From assembly GCA_950097015.1 (NCBI GenBank), contig CATNEN010000038.1, positions 16,926,001 to 16,990,000 on the forward strand: a stretch of 64,000 nt of DNA. The letters are read 5' to 3'. This document shows, piece after piece, positions 36,301 to 48,050 of this stretch; position 1 is the first letter of the stretch; each line of letters opens with the position of its first letter. Under the pieces are notes generated by a model that saw only the letters and a program-made list of their open reading frames with translations, was not told the DNA's origin and ran no database searches. Source of the stretch: Macrostomum hystrix. Taxonomy: Eukaryota > Animalia > Platyhelminthes. Position numbers and translations under genes: made by a program.

Positions 36301-39300
36301 GGGGATGGGAGGCAGAGGGGATGGAGGCAGAGGGGATGGAGGCAGAGGGGATGGAGGCAGAGGGGATGGAGGCAGAGGGGATGGGAGGCAGAGGTGATGG
36401 GAGGCAGTGGGGCTGGGAGGCAGAGGGGATGGGAGGCAGAGGGGATGGGGGGCAGAGGGGATGGAGGCAGAGGGGATGGAGGCAGAGGGGATGGAGGCAG
36501 AGGGGATGGGAGGCAGAGGGGATGGGAGGCAGAGGGGATGGGAGGCAGAGGGGATGGGGGGGCAGAGGGGATAGAGGCAGAGGGGATGGGGGGCAGAAGA
36601 GATGGAGGCAGAGGGGCTGGGGGGCAGAGGGGATGGGAGGCAGAGGGGATGGAGGCAGAGGGGATGGAGGCAGAGGGGATGGAGGCAGAGGGGATGGAGG
36701 CAGAGGGGATGGGAGGCAGAGGGGATGGGCAGCAGAGGGGATGGGAGGCAGTGGGGCTGGGAGGCAGAGGGGATGGGAGGCAGAGGGGCTGGGAGGCAGA
36801 GGGGCTTGGGGGCAGAGGGGATGGGAGGCAGAGGGGATGTGAGGCAGAGGGGATGGGAGGCAGAGGGGAGGGGGGCAGAGGGGTTGGAGGGCAGAGGGGA
36901 TGGGGGGCAGAGGGGTTGGAGGGCAGAGGGGATGGGGGCAGAGGACATGATAAACTAATCAGGAAATTTGCAGAAAAAAATATAAAGGAAAGAGACAGAA
37001 TGAGTTAGTAATTACGTAGGGTGTCCCAGAAATAGCGGGAAAAATCTATGCATCGGCAAACTGGTGAAACATCGTTTATTGAAACTCACGTCACTGATAA
37101 ATAAACATTCAGCAGTTCTAACGCTTTTTTAATCAAGTAAATATCTCAATTCATTAAAAAGTTATGGCTAAAATTAGAACAAGGGGTAAGGGGTAGAGTT
37201 ACACCAAGTCAAGGCCAGCGGAATCGGTCACGCAGCATCGCCATCGCCGTCGACTGACGACTTTTCGACGAAGTCCCCCCTTAGCTCGCAGCACTTAGTC
37301 CATCGCGTGAGAAGTGCATTGATGACATCTGCATTCACCCTTTGAATCAGTGCCTTTGTTGATGGAGAGATCGGACGGCCACGGTTGGCTGTGTCATCAG
37401 CAACGTCTGTTCGCCCATGACTGAACTCTTCAAGCCAGCGATAGACAGCACTCTTCGAGATGGCACTCACTCCGTGGATTTCAGTCAGCTGGCTTACAAT
37501 TTCACTGCCTCGCTTGCCCAATTTCCATTGGGAGTACACGAACTGGCGCTGACCTTCTTTGGACGAAACGCTAAACATCGAACGATTGAACAAGGGAAAA
37601 TGAAAAAAATCCAAACTGAACAGCGGCGTCTTGTCGAGGCGCACAAAATTCGCGAAGTCTCGTGCTTGCTGTCGTTGGTGCCACGGGTATTTCTTGCGTC
37701 AGCTTGTGCTTCTTTTGATTCTGGTGCTCACGCTTCTCTGCTCGTCTGTTGCCTTTTTCTGCTTCTGTTCACTGATGCTTTGGCTCATTTTCTTCTGTCG
37801 CAAAAATTTTGTCTAAGGACAAACGTAGGTTGGGGCCTTGACTTGGTGTAACTCTACCCCTTGTTCTAATTTTAGTCATAAATTTTTAATGAATAGAGAT
37901 ACGAGCTATTTACTTGATTAAAAAAGCGTTAAAACTGCTGAATGTTTATTTATCAGTGACGTGAGTTTCAATAAACTATGTTTCACCAGTTTGCTTGTGC
38001 ATCGATTTTTCCCGCTATTTCTGGGACACCCCTCGTAGTAAGTAAACAGATCTTAGACATTTAGTATAGTAGGATGATAGCTGGAAAGAAAGTACACAAA
38101 ATTACCCCAGAGTTAGAAAAAAACAGGAAAGTTCTGCTGTTGTTTGCACGGCATGCCTGCCTATATAAGACAGTTAAGAATAACAGCAATGAAATGAATT
38201 GCTACTTTACAAGTAGTATGTTATGATTTTGTGCATTAAATCCATTCGACCCAGATTGCCAGCGTCAGCCCAATTGAAGGCCGGCCGTCGCAGGATCGGC
38301 GTTCGAGACCGTCAGTGCAGGCCTCCGTCGTTGCCAGGAACCCTGACCTCGAGCAGATCAAGGAGCTTGAGAAGCTGGTCCAATCGTTGCGCACGGAAGT
38401 GGACTCGCTGAAGTCCGAGAACTCCGGCCTGAGAGATCGACTCAAGGCCGAGTCGTCCAAGCCGCCGCTGCCACCGTCGGCATCTACAACAGCGTCGAAA
38501 AGTCATCAACAGCAGCTGCAGGAGCAGCGTCCAATGTCGAAAAGCAGCTACCAGAGTCTGTACGAGATGCTGCAGGAGTACATGCAGGAGAATGAGACGC
38601 TGAGGACGGAGAACCTGGGCCTGGTGAAGAGCCAAGGCGACCGGCTGCGCGACCAGGACCTGCTGGCCAAGGAGAACCGTCGACTGGCCGAGCGACTCAA
38701 CAGAATGCAGCGACAGCAGGCGGCCCAGCAGAAGCCGCTGTATGTTGTGTCCAATCCGGACAGTCGAGCTTCAAGCAACCAGCAGGGCCGAGCACTGCAG
38801 CAGCAGCAGCAGCAGCAAGCAACGCCAACTGCCGCCTCGGCGGTCACGTCAACAACGGACACCCTTCTGCCGCCGATACCAACAATGCCAGAGATTCAGC
38901 AACAGCAGCAGCAGCAGCAACGCGCAGCTAGGCCGGCTTTTCCGACTCCGCCTGCCGGACAGAAGTTTCGACAATCGCCGCAATCTTTGCCGCGACAGCA
39001 ACTGCAGCAGATGCCTTACTATTATGCACCATCGTCTGACTCGCAACAGAATGCACCCTACAGCTATTACGCAACTGGTCACATCCCTGTCGGACCGCAG
39101 TACTTGCAGCAGCTGCAGCCGCCGCCTCCACCGCCGCCGCATCCGGCAGCAGCAGCTCCGGTGCACCTGCTCACGGAATCGCCACTCTATGTGCCAAAGC
39201 CTGGCGAGGTCACCTACCGAGGCAGGTTTCGGCAGGCAGCCAACAACGGCGGCAGAAGCGACGCGCGCAGGCGGGGCGGCGCGGCTGGCACGCACGCGGG

Positions 39301-39611
39301 TGAGTTTGGGGACATGAAGACCTGACGATCAAGCAGATGTCAGAGCAGATGTACACCCCCTGTGTGCGTCACCATAACCAAATGATGTGCAATTGACATT
39401 TATGACGTACACTTTGTACTTGTATCCAGCAGCGACTGTACACCAAGCCCATCTGATATGCTTTGCAGTGAAAGACGTGAACCGGTTAAACGAGAGTCTC
39501 AAATCAGAGCTAAGAGAACTGGACGGTGCAATCCAGCAGCACCAAAGGGTCAACGCCCTGCAGAGCGACATCCGCAGAAATGAGGGACGAAAAGTGCTCA
39601 AAACTTTCTAA
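32607..39611 (+). CDS. Uncharacterised polyQ / coiled-coil protein
   Basis: Five phase-consistent GT-AG exons with no stops: 32607-33483, 33881-34057, 35243-35397, 38255-39299, 39469-39611. GC-rich coding-like composition; heptads LEKLVQSLRTEVDSLKSENSGLRDRL and LQEYMQENETLRTENL; C-terminus VKDVNRLNESLKSELRELD..KTF*. No family recognised. Confidence 0.8.
33581..33840. repeat. 40-bp minisatellite, intron 1 of the coiled-coil gene
   Basis: Unit GATGACCTACTCAAACACCTGTGGTTGATGGGTACTGATG, about 6 copies. Confidence 0.9.
34112..34802. repeat. 22-bp minisatellite (20-bp variants at the start), intron 2 of the coiled-coil gene
   Basis: Unit TCTAACAGGCTAGATCCTCAAA. Confidence 0.95.
35414..36944. repeat. 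G-rich 15/16-bp minisatellite, intron 3 of the coiled-coil gene
   Basis: Unit GG(G)AGGCAGAGGGGAT, about 95 copies, starting about 17 bp after the donor at 35398. Confidence 0.95.
37015..38035 (-). mobile_element. Mariner-like element, internally deleted, about 200-bp TIRs, TA-flanked
   Basis: TIRs 37015-37216 and 37834-38035; TA at 37013-14 and 38036-37. ORF 37578-37228 encodes the mariner N-terminal HTH (..SEIVSQLTEIHGVSAISKSAVYRWLEEFSHGRTDVADD..GRP) fused to the mariner C-terminus (LLTRWTKCCELRGDFVEK); the DDD core is absent. Confidence 0.92.
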
Positions 39612-39796
39612 TTTTTCCGATTTGCCTATGGAAAAGCAACGAAAATTTGCTAGATTGTCTCCACGCAAAAGTACGTTTTCTGCTTAAAAATATACATTAA
39701 AAATGTATTTTCATATTCTTTTCTTAACAAACCTACAGGATTTATGGAATTACACTTCAAAATCTATTAATGGATGACCTGAAAATCTATAAATAT

Positions 39797-40490
39797 GAAA
39801 GTAGACCTAGAGATCCATGGAAGTATACCTCAGGATCCATAAAAGTAGACCTGAGGATCCATGGAAGTAGACCTAGAGATCCATGGAAGTAGACCTGAGG
39901 ATCCAAGGAAGTAGACCTAAGGATCCGTGGAAGTAGACCCAGAGATCCATGGATGTAGACCTGAGCATCCATGGAAGTAGACCCAGAGATCCATGGATGT
40001 AGACCTGAGCATCCATGGAAGTAGACCTGAGGATCCATGAAAGTAGACCTGAGCATCCATGGAAGTAGACCTTAGGATCCATGAAAGTAGACCTGAGCAT
40101 CCATGGAAGTAGACCTGAGGATCCATGAAAGTAGACCTGAGCATCCATGGAAGTAGACCTGAGGATCCATGAAAGTAGACCTGAGGATCCATGAAAGTAG
40201 ACCTGAGCATCCATGGAAGTAGACCTGAGGATCCATGAAAGTAGACCTGAGGATCCATGAAAGTAGACCTGACGATCCATGGAAGTAGACGTTAGCATCC
40301 ATGGAAGTAGACCTAAGGATCCATGGAAGTAGACCTAAGGATCCATGGAAGTAGACCTAAGGATCCATGGAAGTAGACCTAAGGATCCATGGAAGTAGAA
40401 CTGAGGATCCATGGAAGTAGACCTAAGGATCCATGGAAGTAGACCTAGAGATCCATGTGAGTAGACCCCAAGATCAATGCAAGTAGACAT
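39797..40490. repeat. 22-bp minisatellite between convergent genes
   Basis: Unit GATCCATGGAAGTAGACCT(G/A)AG. Confidence 0.95.
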
Positions 40491-41513
40491 GGAGATCTTA
40501 GAGTCAGATAAACTTCAGAAATAACAAACCAAGAATATTCTGTTGTTCTAGAATTTAGTTTTCGGATGTAGGATTTTCATCCCAACAAATATAAAAAAGC
40601 TGACTAGACAACCATCCATATCTTACCGTGTATATTATATTATACGTGCCACAAAAACTTTCTGCTGGAGCGATTAAGATTGAAGCATTTTTACATACTC
40701 GCAAAATTTGTCACAAAAAACTATTCAAATAATAAATGACCAGCATAAGTTTGATAATAAGAAATGCTAAAAAATGTCGATGGGAAAACTTTAACTATTA
40801 TTACTGGCGATCCTTAACACTAATTATCAAATGTTGACAATGGAAATCTTTAAGTAAAAAAAGATTTTTCTATTTTTCAAATTGTTTACCTCAATCAATC
40901 AATTATTGCAAACTTGTTTATAAGGGCAGCTATGTACAAAGCTGTTTTGACACAATGACACCAATGAAAACTGTTTTAAACAAAGCACAACATACAGATT
41001 GTTGAAAATTTACGTTGGGCTGTACAATCAAATAGATTATGGAATTGAGCCAAGTTTTGAGCATAATCAACCCTAATGCAGTCTAGTTATTCTGTCTGGT
41101 CATCGCAGCTACTGCAACTTGTCTGATCATCAACCCTTATACCCACAGTTTTCTGCATCGACCAAAATATTCAACCAATCGTCATGAAAATCCTGAAAAC
41201 GGGCAGAATAAAATAATATAAATAAAATCTTTTTCGGGAGCTATCGTGAACTAGGCAGTGAGTATTTGAAATAGCCCTTCGTGGTCTTTCCCCAGGGCTA
41301 ACACCATAATAGTCATTTTCCTGGTCATCAACCCCGTCTCAGTCAATAGTATGGTCATAAGCTCACAATCATTTATCTGGCCATTGACCCCACGAAATAG
41401 TCATTCACCTGGTCATTTATGTGGTCATTAACCTCAGATTGGTCATTAATTTCATACTGGTCATTCATCCGGTCATTAACGCAGCCCTGGCTAATGCCAG
41501 TTTATCAGGCAGT

Positions 41514-43192
41514 TCAGACAGGCGACCCAGTCATGAGCAGGTCATCGTCGTCAATGTAGTTGCGAAAATCGTCAGGATGCGAGCTGCGCATGTGCCTCTT
41601 CTGGTCCTCCAGCCGGATGTACCTCTCGCCGCAGATCTGGCAGGCGTAGGGCCGGACCCCAGTGTGCAGTCGCTCGTGTCGTTCCAGGCAAAACTTCCTA
41701 TTAAAGGCTTTGCCGCAGTAAGCGCACTTGAACACTTTGGCACCCAGGGCGCCTTTCAACTTGTTGTTCAGAGCGCGCAAGTCTAGCTCGCTGGCCTGGG
41801 TGGGTCCTCCGCCGCTGCCGCCACCGCTGACACCGCCGCTACTGCTGCCCACTCCACCCAGAGACAGTGTGAGTTTAATGCTAGGCTGCTGCTGCTGCTG
41901 TTGCTGCAGTCTGATCAGAGACGGCCCTGTTGGCTGCACCAGGTTAGCTAAAAATCAGCGGAAACTGATTTCGTTATTTTAATCTTCTAACGTCATCCAA
42001 TAAGTATTTAGACAGAGCCCAATGTCGGCTGGGTGGGTTTGCTATGGTGTGGTCATGATGCCTAGACGAGTAAAATGACGAGGCACTAGCAGTTAACGTA
42101 TTTGCCTATTGCCTGCACCAAGGTCCCTGAGCTCGATTCCGCGACGAGGCCATATTCATTTGGGGCGCAGCCGCGGAGAGATGGCTTGAGGGCTTGTCGA
42201 GAAATTTACACCCTTTAGGGCCAAGCTCCAAGGCTCCGTTGAAAGGCAGATTGCCTCTTCGCTGGGTGCGGGTTAGAGCCACCAAGTAATGTTCTATTGC
42301 GCGTAGCCCTTCTGTTCACGCAGTATTTTTAAAAGCATATTTCACTTGAAATAATAGGCAACTCACACTGAAACAGGCCAGATTTAGTATCGACAAACGA
42401 CTCGCCCAGATATTCGATATCGTCATCGTCATCCTCTTCATTGATATTATCGCCGTTGATTGCCTGATGATTGTTGACCCTGTTGGTGAGGGTCAGCTCC
42501 GGCCTGGCAACTTCGACATCTTCCAATGAGGAGGACGCAGTCGCGGCCTGCTCAGCCACCAACAGCCTGTTTGGACAGTCGGCCGAAGTTTCAAAATTCA
42601 TCTGCAACTGTCCGTCTGGCAAGTCTTCATCTTCGCAGTCGTTCTCTTGTTGAAACTTATCGGCTACTGTCATAGCTTCTTCAGCCTCGCGATTGTAACG
42701 ATCTTCATCAGCATCCTCTTCTTCATCGTCGTAGAGATCTTCGCTGGATCTGGACGCTTCTAGACTGGCGCCATCTTGCAGGCGAAGCTGCTGACGCCTG
42801 TGCGGATTCGGGCGCTTCCGCTTCCGCTTGTTGTTGCTGCCAGCATCAACAGACTGCTGCTGCTGCTGCCGCTGATGAACATCTGGGAGAGGCTCATCAA
42901 GACCCTTGAGAGCAGCCAGCAGCTGGGAGCTGAGGACAATCTTTTCAGCCACCCTGGCGTACTCACTGTTCTCACAGTCCTCTTTGGCCATCCTGTACAA
43001 GTCGGCCTTGGTGATGCAATCGTTGAACTTGATGATCACATCGCTGGGATCATTGTCTACATTGATGCAGATTGCACCAATGATAGTCACGCACTGATTG
43101 AACTCAAAGTGTTTGGAGCAGATGCGACTGACGCTTGACTGAAGTGTCTCAGACATCTGCTCAATTGTTGCTGTGGTTGTTTTGGAGCACAT
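41514..43192 (-). CDS. C2H2 zinc-finger protein (2 fingers) with an N-terminal alpha/beta module and acidic linker
   Basis: Exons 43192-42367 (donor GTGAGT, phase 1) and 41947-41514. Fingers [50 protein letters not shown]; NLS-like KRKRKRP. An acceptor (ctctgcag) about 45 bp upstream of the ATG implies a 5'UTR intron or a trans-splice site. Confidence 0.87.
42080..42265 (+). mobile_element. SINE family B copy in the zinc-finger intron
   Basis: tRNA-like head (..CAGTTAACG..CCAAGGTCCCTGAGCTCGATTCC) and body TTTGGGGCGCAGCCGCGGAGAGATGGCTTGAGGGCTTGTCG shared with the 50505 and 59020 copies. Confidence 0.75.
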
Positions 43193-43787
43193 TGTCCTTG
43201 ATGCTAGTTACAAATGAGACAATGAGCTAGCTAGCTGCAGAGAAGAAATTAAAAAATCTAAATGAAGCATTAGACAGTTTAGGAATATTAACAGATGTAC
43301 AGTTTAGTTTTTACTAAGCTTAGATGACCTACCTACGTGGTCTAATACTATTTTACTATGGTAAAAGCAATATGACACTACAAAAGATATACAGAATTAG
43401 AGGACCACAAATTATGAAAACAAATATAAAGTTTTTAACAAAAATAGCATTGATTTTAAACAATGCAACTGTATAGACTATAGCTACTATGGCTACTATG
43501 TAATGGTAAAAAATTTAGTGGCTAGCCATGTCTTAATATAGCTAAAATGAAAGAACAAATGAAAAAGCTGAAAATGTTTTACTTTAAAAATATAACTTAA
43601 AACAAAAACTATAGCAAAATAAGTATACTTGGCTTACTTTCAGTATATGATACAATTAATCCAAGGCTATACTTTCATTGCTCTCATACTCATTACTACA
43701 TTCCATTTCATTCCAGCTTAACAAATTTGATAGCTAATACAGAAACGAATTTTATATCTTGCATGTATAATCACCATAATATGGAAA

Positions 43788-44068
43788 CATACATGCGCAA
43801 CCTCCCAAATCTTAGCCGGCCTTGCGACTTAGTTTTTGCTCTCATTTGCGACTTAGTTCGTTTCATTGCTCTATTTACGACTTAGTTTGCTCTCATTTGC
43901 TCTCTTTTTCTCTCCCCTTTTTCCTTTTCTTCACGCCTTCCTTTTTTGTCCCTTGGTCCCCCCTTTGATTTTTTGGCGCTTGGTCGATTGGTTTTTGCGA
44001 CTTACCTTGCTTGGCCCTCGTTTCACCCGGCCGGTTCGGCCGGGTCGGCCGGGTGTTGCGCATGTATG
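43788..44068 (+). mobile_element. hAT-like MITE, copy 1
   Basis: 14-bp TIR CATACATGCGCAAC; perfect 8-bp TSD TATGGAAA (43780-43787, 44069-44076). Confidence 0.9.
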
Positions 44069-44692
44069 TATGGAAAGGACTTGTAAGCAGTTGTACAAAC
44101 AAGGAAAAATTGCATTAAAAAATTTTTACATACCTTTAAAAAGGTAGGCCTAACTTACTAAAGTGTCATATTTTGTGTGCTATCTGAAATCGTACTACTT
44201 AATGTTTAAATATTAAAAACCTAAAAATTATTGTTAAACCTAATCTAAAATTACCTAGGCTACTATTCTCAATCTTCAAGTCAAATATCTATAGAGCAGA
44301 CCCTAGTCCTTTTGTCAAATGTTTGACTAAGTGACCAGAATTAACAGGTGCCTAAATTTGTATTTGACATAGTGACCAAGCCCCATACTCAGAAAGGTGG
44401 TCTGTACGCTGCTCAGAGTTTTTCTGGCATGCACTCGCCTAGTAGGTAACCACTGAAGATGGAGATAGTGTAGGCACATTCGGGTGATATGCTGATCAAT
44501 TTTGAAGACCTGGCAAGGCTGCACTGAGGCGCAGTGCTAATTTGTATATAGGGATGTATGAAATACACTAGCTCTTATGGGAAAAATTGGACCTACGGCC
44601 AGAAACATTGAATATCTTGATGGTCTGAAGAGCTGGCTACTTGTTTCTTGTTTCAGAAGATGCGCAACAAAAAGTTGGCCTATGTTCTTGAG

Positions 44693-45007
44693 CATACATG
44701 CGCAACACTCGGCCGACCCAGCTGAACCGGCCGGGTGAAATGAGGGCCAAAAACTAATTGTGACTTTGTGTAAGTCACAAAAACTAATCGACCAAGCACA
44801 AAAAAATCAAAGGGGGGACCAAGGGACAAAAAAGGAAGGCGTGAAGAAAAGGAAAAAGGAGAGAGAAAAAGAGAGCAAATGAGAGCATTTAAGTCGTAAA
44901 TAGAGCAATGAAACAAACTAAGTCACAAATGAGAGCAAACTAAGTCGTAAATAGAGCAAAAACTAAGTCGCACAGCTGGCTAATATTTGGGATGTTGCGC
45001 ATGTATG
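44693..45007 (-). mobile_element. hAT-like MITE, copy 2 (inverted relative to copy 1)
   Basis: Same TIR; perfect 8-bp TSD TTCTTGAG (44685-44692, 45008-45015); internal sequence is the reverse complement of copy 1 with indels. Confidence 0.9.
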
Positions 45008-47064
45008 TTCTTGAGTTTCATGTGCTTGCATTGTTCTGTTTGGGTGCAGCAAAAAAGGGGGAATCCCCCTCCTCTTGGTAGTTCTACTGTTAAAATGATG
45101 TCAGCACACCTTAAGTTCATGCAAAAGCCTAAAGGCATGCTAAATATGATCAATTTTAGTCAGGGAAATCTAACTTGCTCTCGGACAGTTTAAAGTAAGC
45201 TATTGAAACAAATAAAAAGTCTTCATGTTTTTTATTTAGCAAAGGCTAGAAGCTAAAAACTGTATGTGACAACAAGCAAAATAAGTAAAGTAGTAAGTAG
45301 GGCCTAGTAAAAGTAGTAAAATCTACTCTGAATAAGTATTATGCCCTATACTGGTTTTATACTGGTTGCCAAAATACTCATAAAGCAGAATTTAAATTTT
45401 CATGAAAGAACCCTATATTATTATATACTGCATATTTAGTCTTTGACAAAGTGACCAAATACAGAGATGAGTTCAGTATGACGATCATTTACCAAAACAG
45501 CATTAAATTTGATGAAGTGACCAGCACCCCTACAGTACAGTGCAGGGTATACCCTATGGGCTATGGCTAGGCCTATAGTCCATGGAATATGCCCTATCTA
45601 TTGTTTCCAAACTAGGTCGATTATTATATTATTAGATTATTAGATTACTATTTTATCTATCCATATGATATACCCAGCAAGCCAAATACAATCTACGTCA
45701 GCTACATTTTCGTTTTATAGCCAGTTAAATGTATAAAGCAAAGCATCAGACCTACCATCTTAAACTTAGCTATATGGTTTAAGCAATAATTTATATATTA
45801 ATTGGCTGGATAGATTTGATAGAGCCTAGTATATAACTTTTGTACATGATTTTTATCGTTACATTATGGTATGCAATTCTGATAATATATTAATATATTT
45901 ATTATCTTGATATTACAGTTTTCACACAATACCGTTTCAATCGAAAGAAAGTTTTTTTGCATTTTTGAATTGTCTAATGTTTAACTTTAGTAACACGAAA
46001 ACAAAACTTCGCTTTTGATTGCAAGTTACTTGTTAAAGTCAAGGCTCACTAATAAAATTTTATCTTTAAGTTAATATTACGGACTACCTTTTTATTCACC
46101 TAAAGTCATTTAGCATACCGAAGTGCTATAATCATCAAGATAACGTGACATTAAGTTACGGTAATGTTAGGCCTACTACGTTTACTAAATGTTATAGAAA
46201 GTCTAGTCTTGTCCCTAACATGGTAATTTTATGCATATATATTTTACTGTTACCACAGGTGGAAAATCCCTTACGAGCAAATCCCTTCGAAATAGAATTC
46301 AAAGGCTTCGCTTGTCTTACAGAGTCTTTTACTGTCTTACTCTTTTTATAGAGTTAAATTGAAGAAGCGACTGCTGACAAACTAGATCTCATATACGTGT
46401 TGTATTTTGGATTGATACTTCTAAAATCTAAGGACAACTGCACTGATGCGTTATTTTTGTACTATATATACATTAGACAAGCCAGACTTAAGGAACTCAC
46501 TATATATAGGTTTGAGCAACAATCGCGGACTAGAGCTGTATAGGGTGTTAGCTATATATAAAAAAATTACAGCACCAAATAGATGGCTTCACTTTCAGCT
46601 TGTCGAGTTCGTTTCGGTTTGGTACAAGTATGCAAATTGTGGCCTAGTTTTTAAGCCCCCAGCTCCACTAGTTAATTTGAACAGTTCATTCGGTATAAAG
46701 CACTGTTGTTGTTTTCGCATTTGCTATTTCAAGAACTGAGATGATCCGCTGGTTTGAAAGATCCAGTGTAGTAAGTGCAATAATGTATTAAAATTTGCTA
46801 TTTTCCTTTCACTTTGTCTAAATCGCAGTTGGAAAGCCAAAAGCGCAGACAGTTTCAAAAGCTTCATTTTTTAGATTTGCAGATACTTTAGCTACTGCTG
46901 TAAGTACAAGTAGGTCAAACTCCAGTTAAAAAAACTGAAGTAACTGCATGGAGTTGCGCTTGTTAGTCTGTCTGGATTGAAAACATAAATTTGCATGCGT
47001 TGTTTAAATTTATGTACGAAGAAGGGTCTCTGTGATATAGGGACGAAAAGTTTTGGTGGAATCT

Positions 47065-48050
47065 TAGCTTGTGAAATTGCAGCTGGTAGCTTGTAGAATC
47101 ATACGTCGTATATAGCTTGTGGAATCGTAGCTGGTAGCTTGTAGAATTATGGCTAGCGGAATCGTAGCAGGTAGCTTGTTGAATCATGGCTAGCGGAATC
47201 GTAGCTGGTAGCTTGTAGAATCATAGCTTGCGGAATCGTAGCTGGTAGCTTGTAGAATCATAGCTTGCGGAATCGTAGCTGGTAGCTTGTAGAATCATAG
47301 CTTGCGGAATCGTAGCTGGTATAGCTTGTAGAATCATGGCTTGCGGAATCGTAGCTGGTAGCTTGTAGAATCATGGCTTGCGGAATCGTAGCTGGTATAG
47401 CTTGTAGAATCATAGCTTGCGGAATCGTAGCTGGTAGCTTGTAGAATCATGGCTAGCGGAATCGTAGCTGGTAGCTTGTAGAATCATAGCTTGCGGAATC
47501 GTAGCTGGTATAGCTTGTAGAATCATGGCTAGCGGAATCGTAGCTGGTAGCTTGTAGAATCATGGCTAGCGGAATCTTAGCTGGTAGCTTGTAGAATCAT
47601 AGCTTGCGGAATCGTAGCTGGTAGCTTGTAGAATCGTAGCTTGCGGAATCGTAGCTGGTAGCTTGTAGAATCATAGCTTGCGGAATCATAGCTGGTAGCT
47701 TGTAGAATTATGGCTAGCGGAATCGTAGCTGGTAGCTTGTAGAATCATGGCTAGCGGAATCGTAGCTGGTAGCTTGTAGAATCATGGCTAGCGGAATCTT
47801 AGCTGGTAGCTTGTAGAATCATAGCTTGCGGAATCGTAGCTGGTAGCTTGTAGAATCATAGCTTGCGGAATCGTAGCTGGTAGCTTGTAGAATCATAGCT
47901 TGCGGAATCGTAGCTGGTAGCTTGTAGAATCATAGCTTGCGGAATCGTAGCTGGTATAGCTTGTTGAATCATGGCTAGCGGAATCGTAGTTTGTGAAATT
48001 GTAGGTTTTGGAACCGTAGGTTTTTGGAATCTTAGGTTTGTGAAATCCTA
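47065..48050. repeat. 37-bp minisatellite built from 15+15+7-bp subunits
   Basis: Unit AGCTTGTAGAATCAT-AGCTTGCGGAATCGT-AGCTGGT; decays into 15-bp units at both ends. Confidence 0.95.

Noticed and set aside
35290-37008. RGG-rich or Pro-rich long ORFs on both strands
   Set aside because: Artefacts of the G-rich array; the real exon ends at the donor at 35398.
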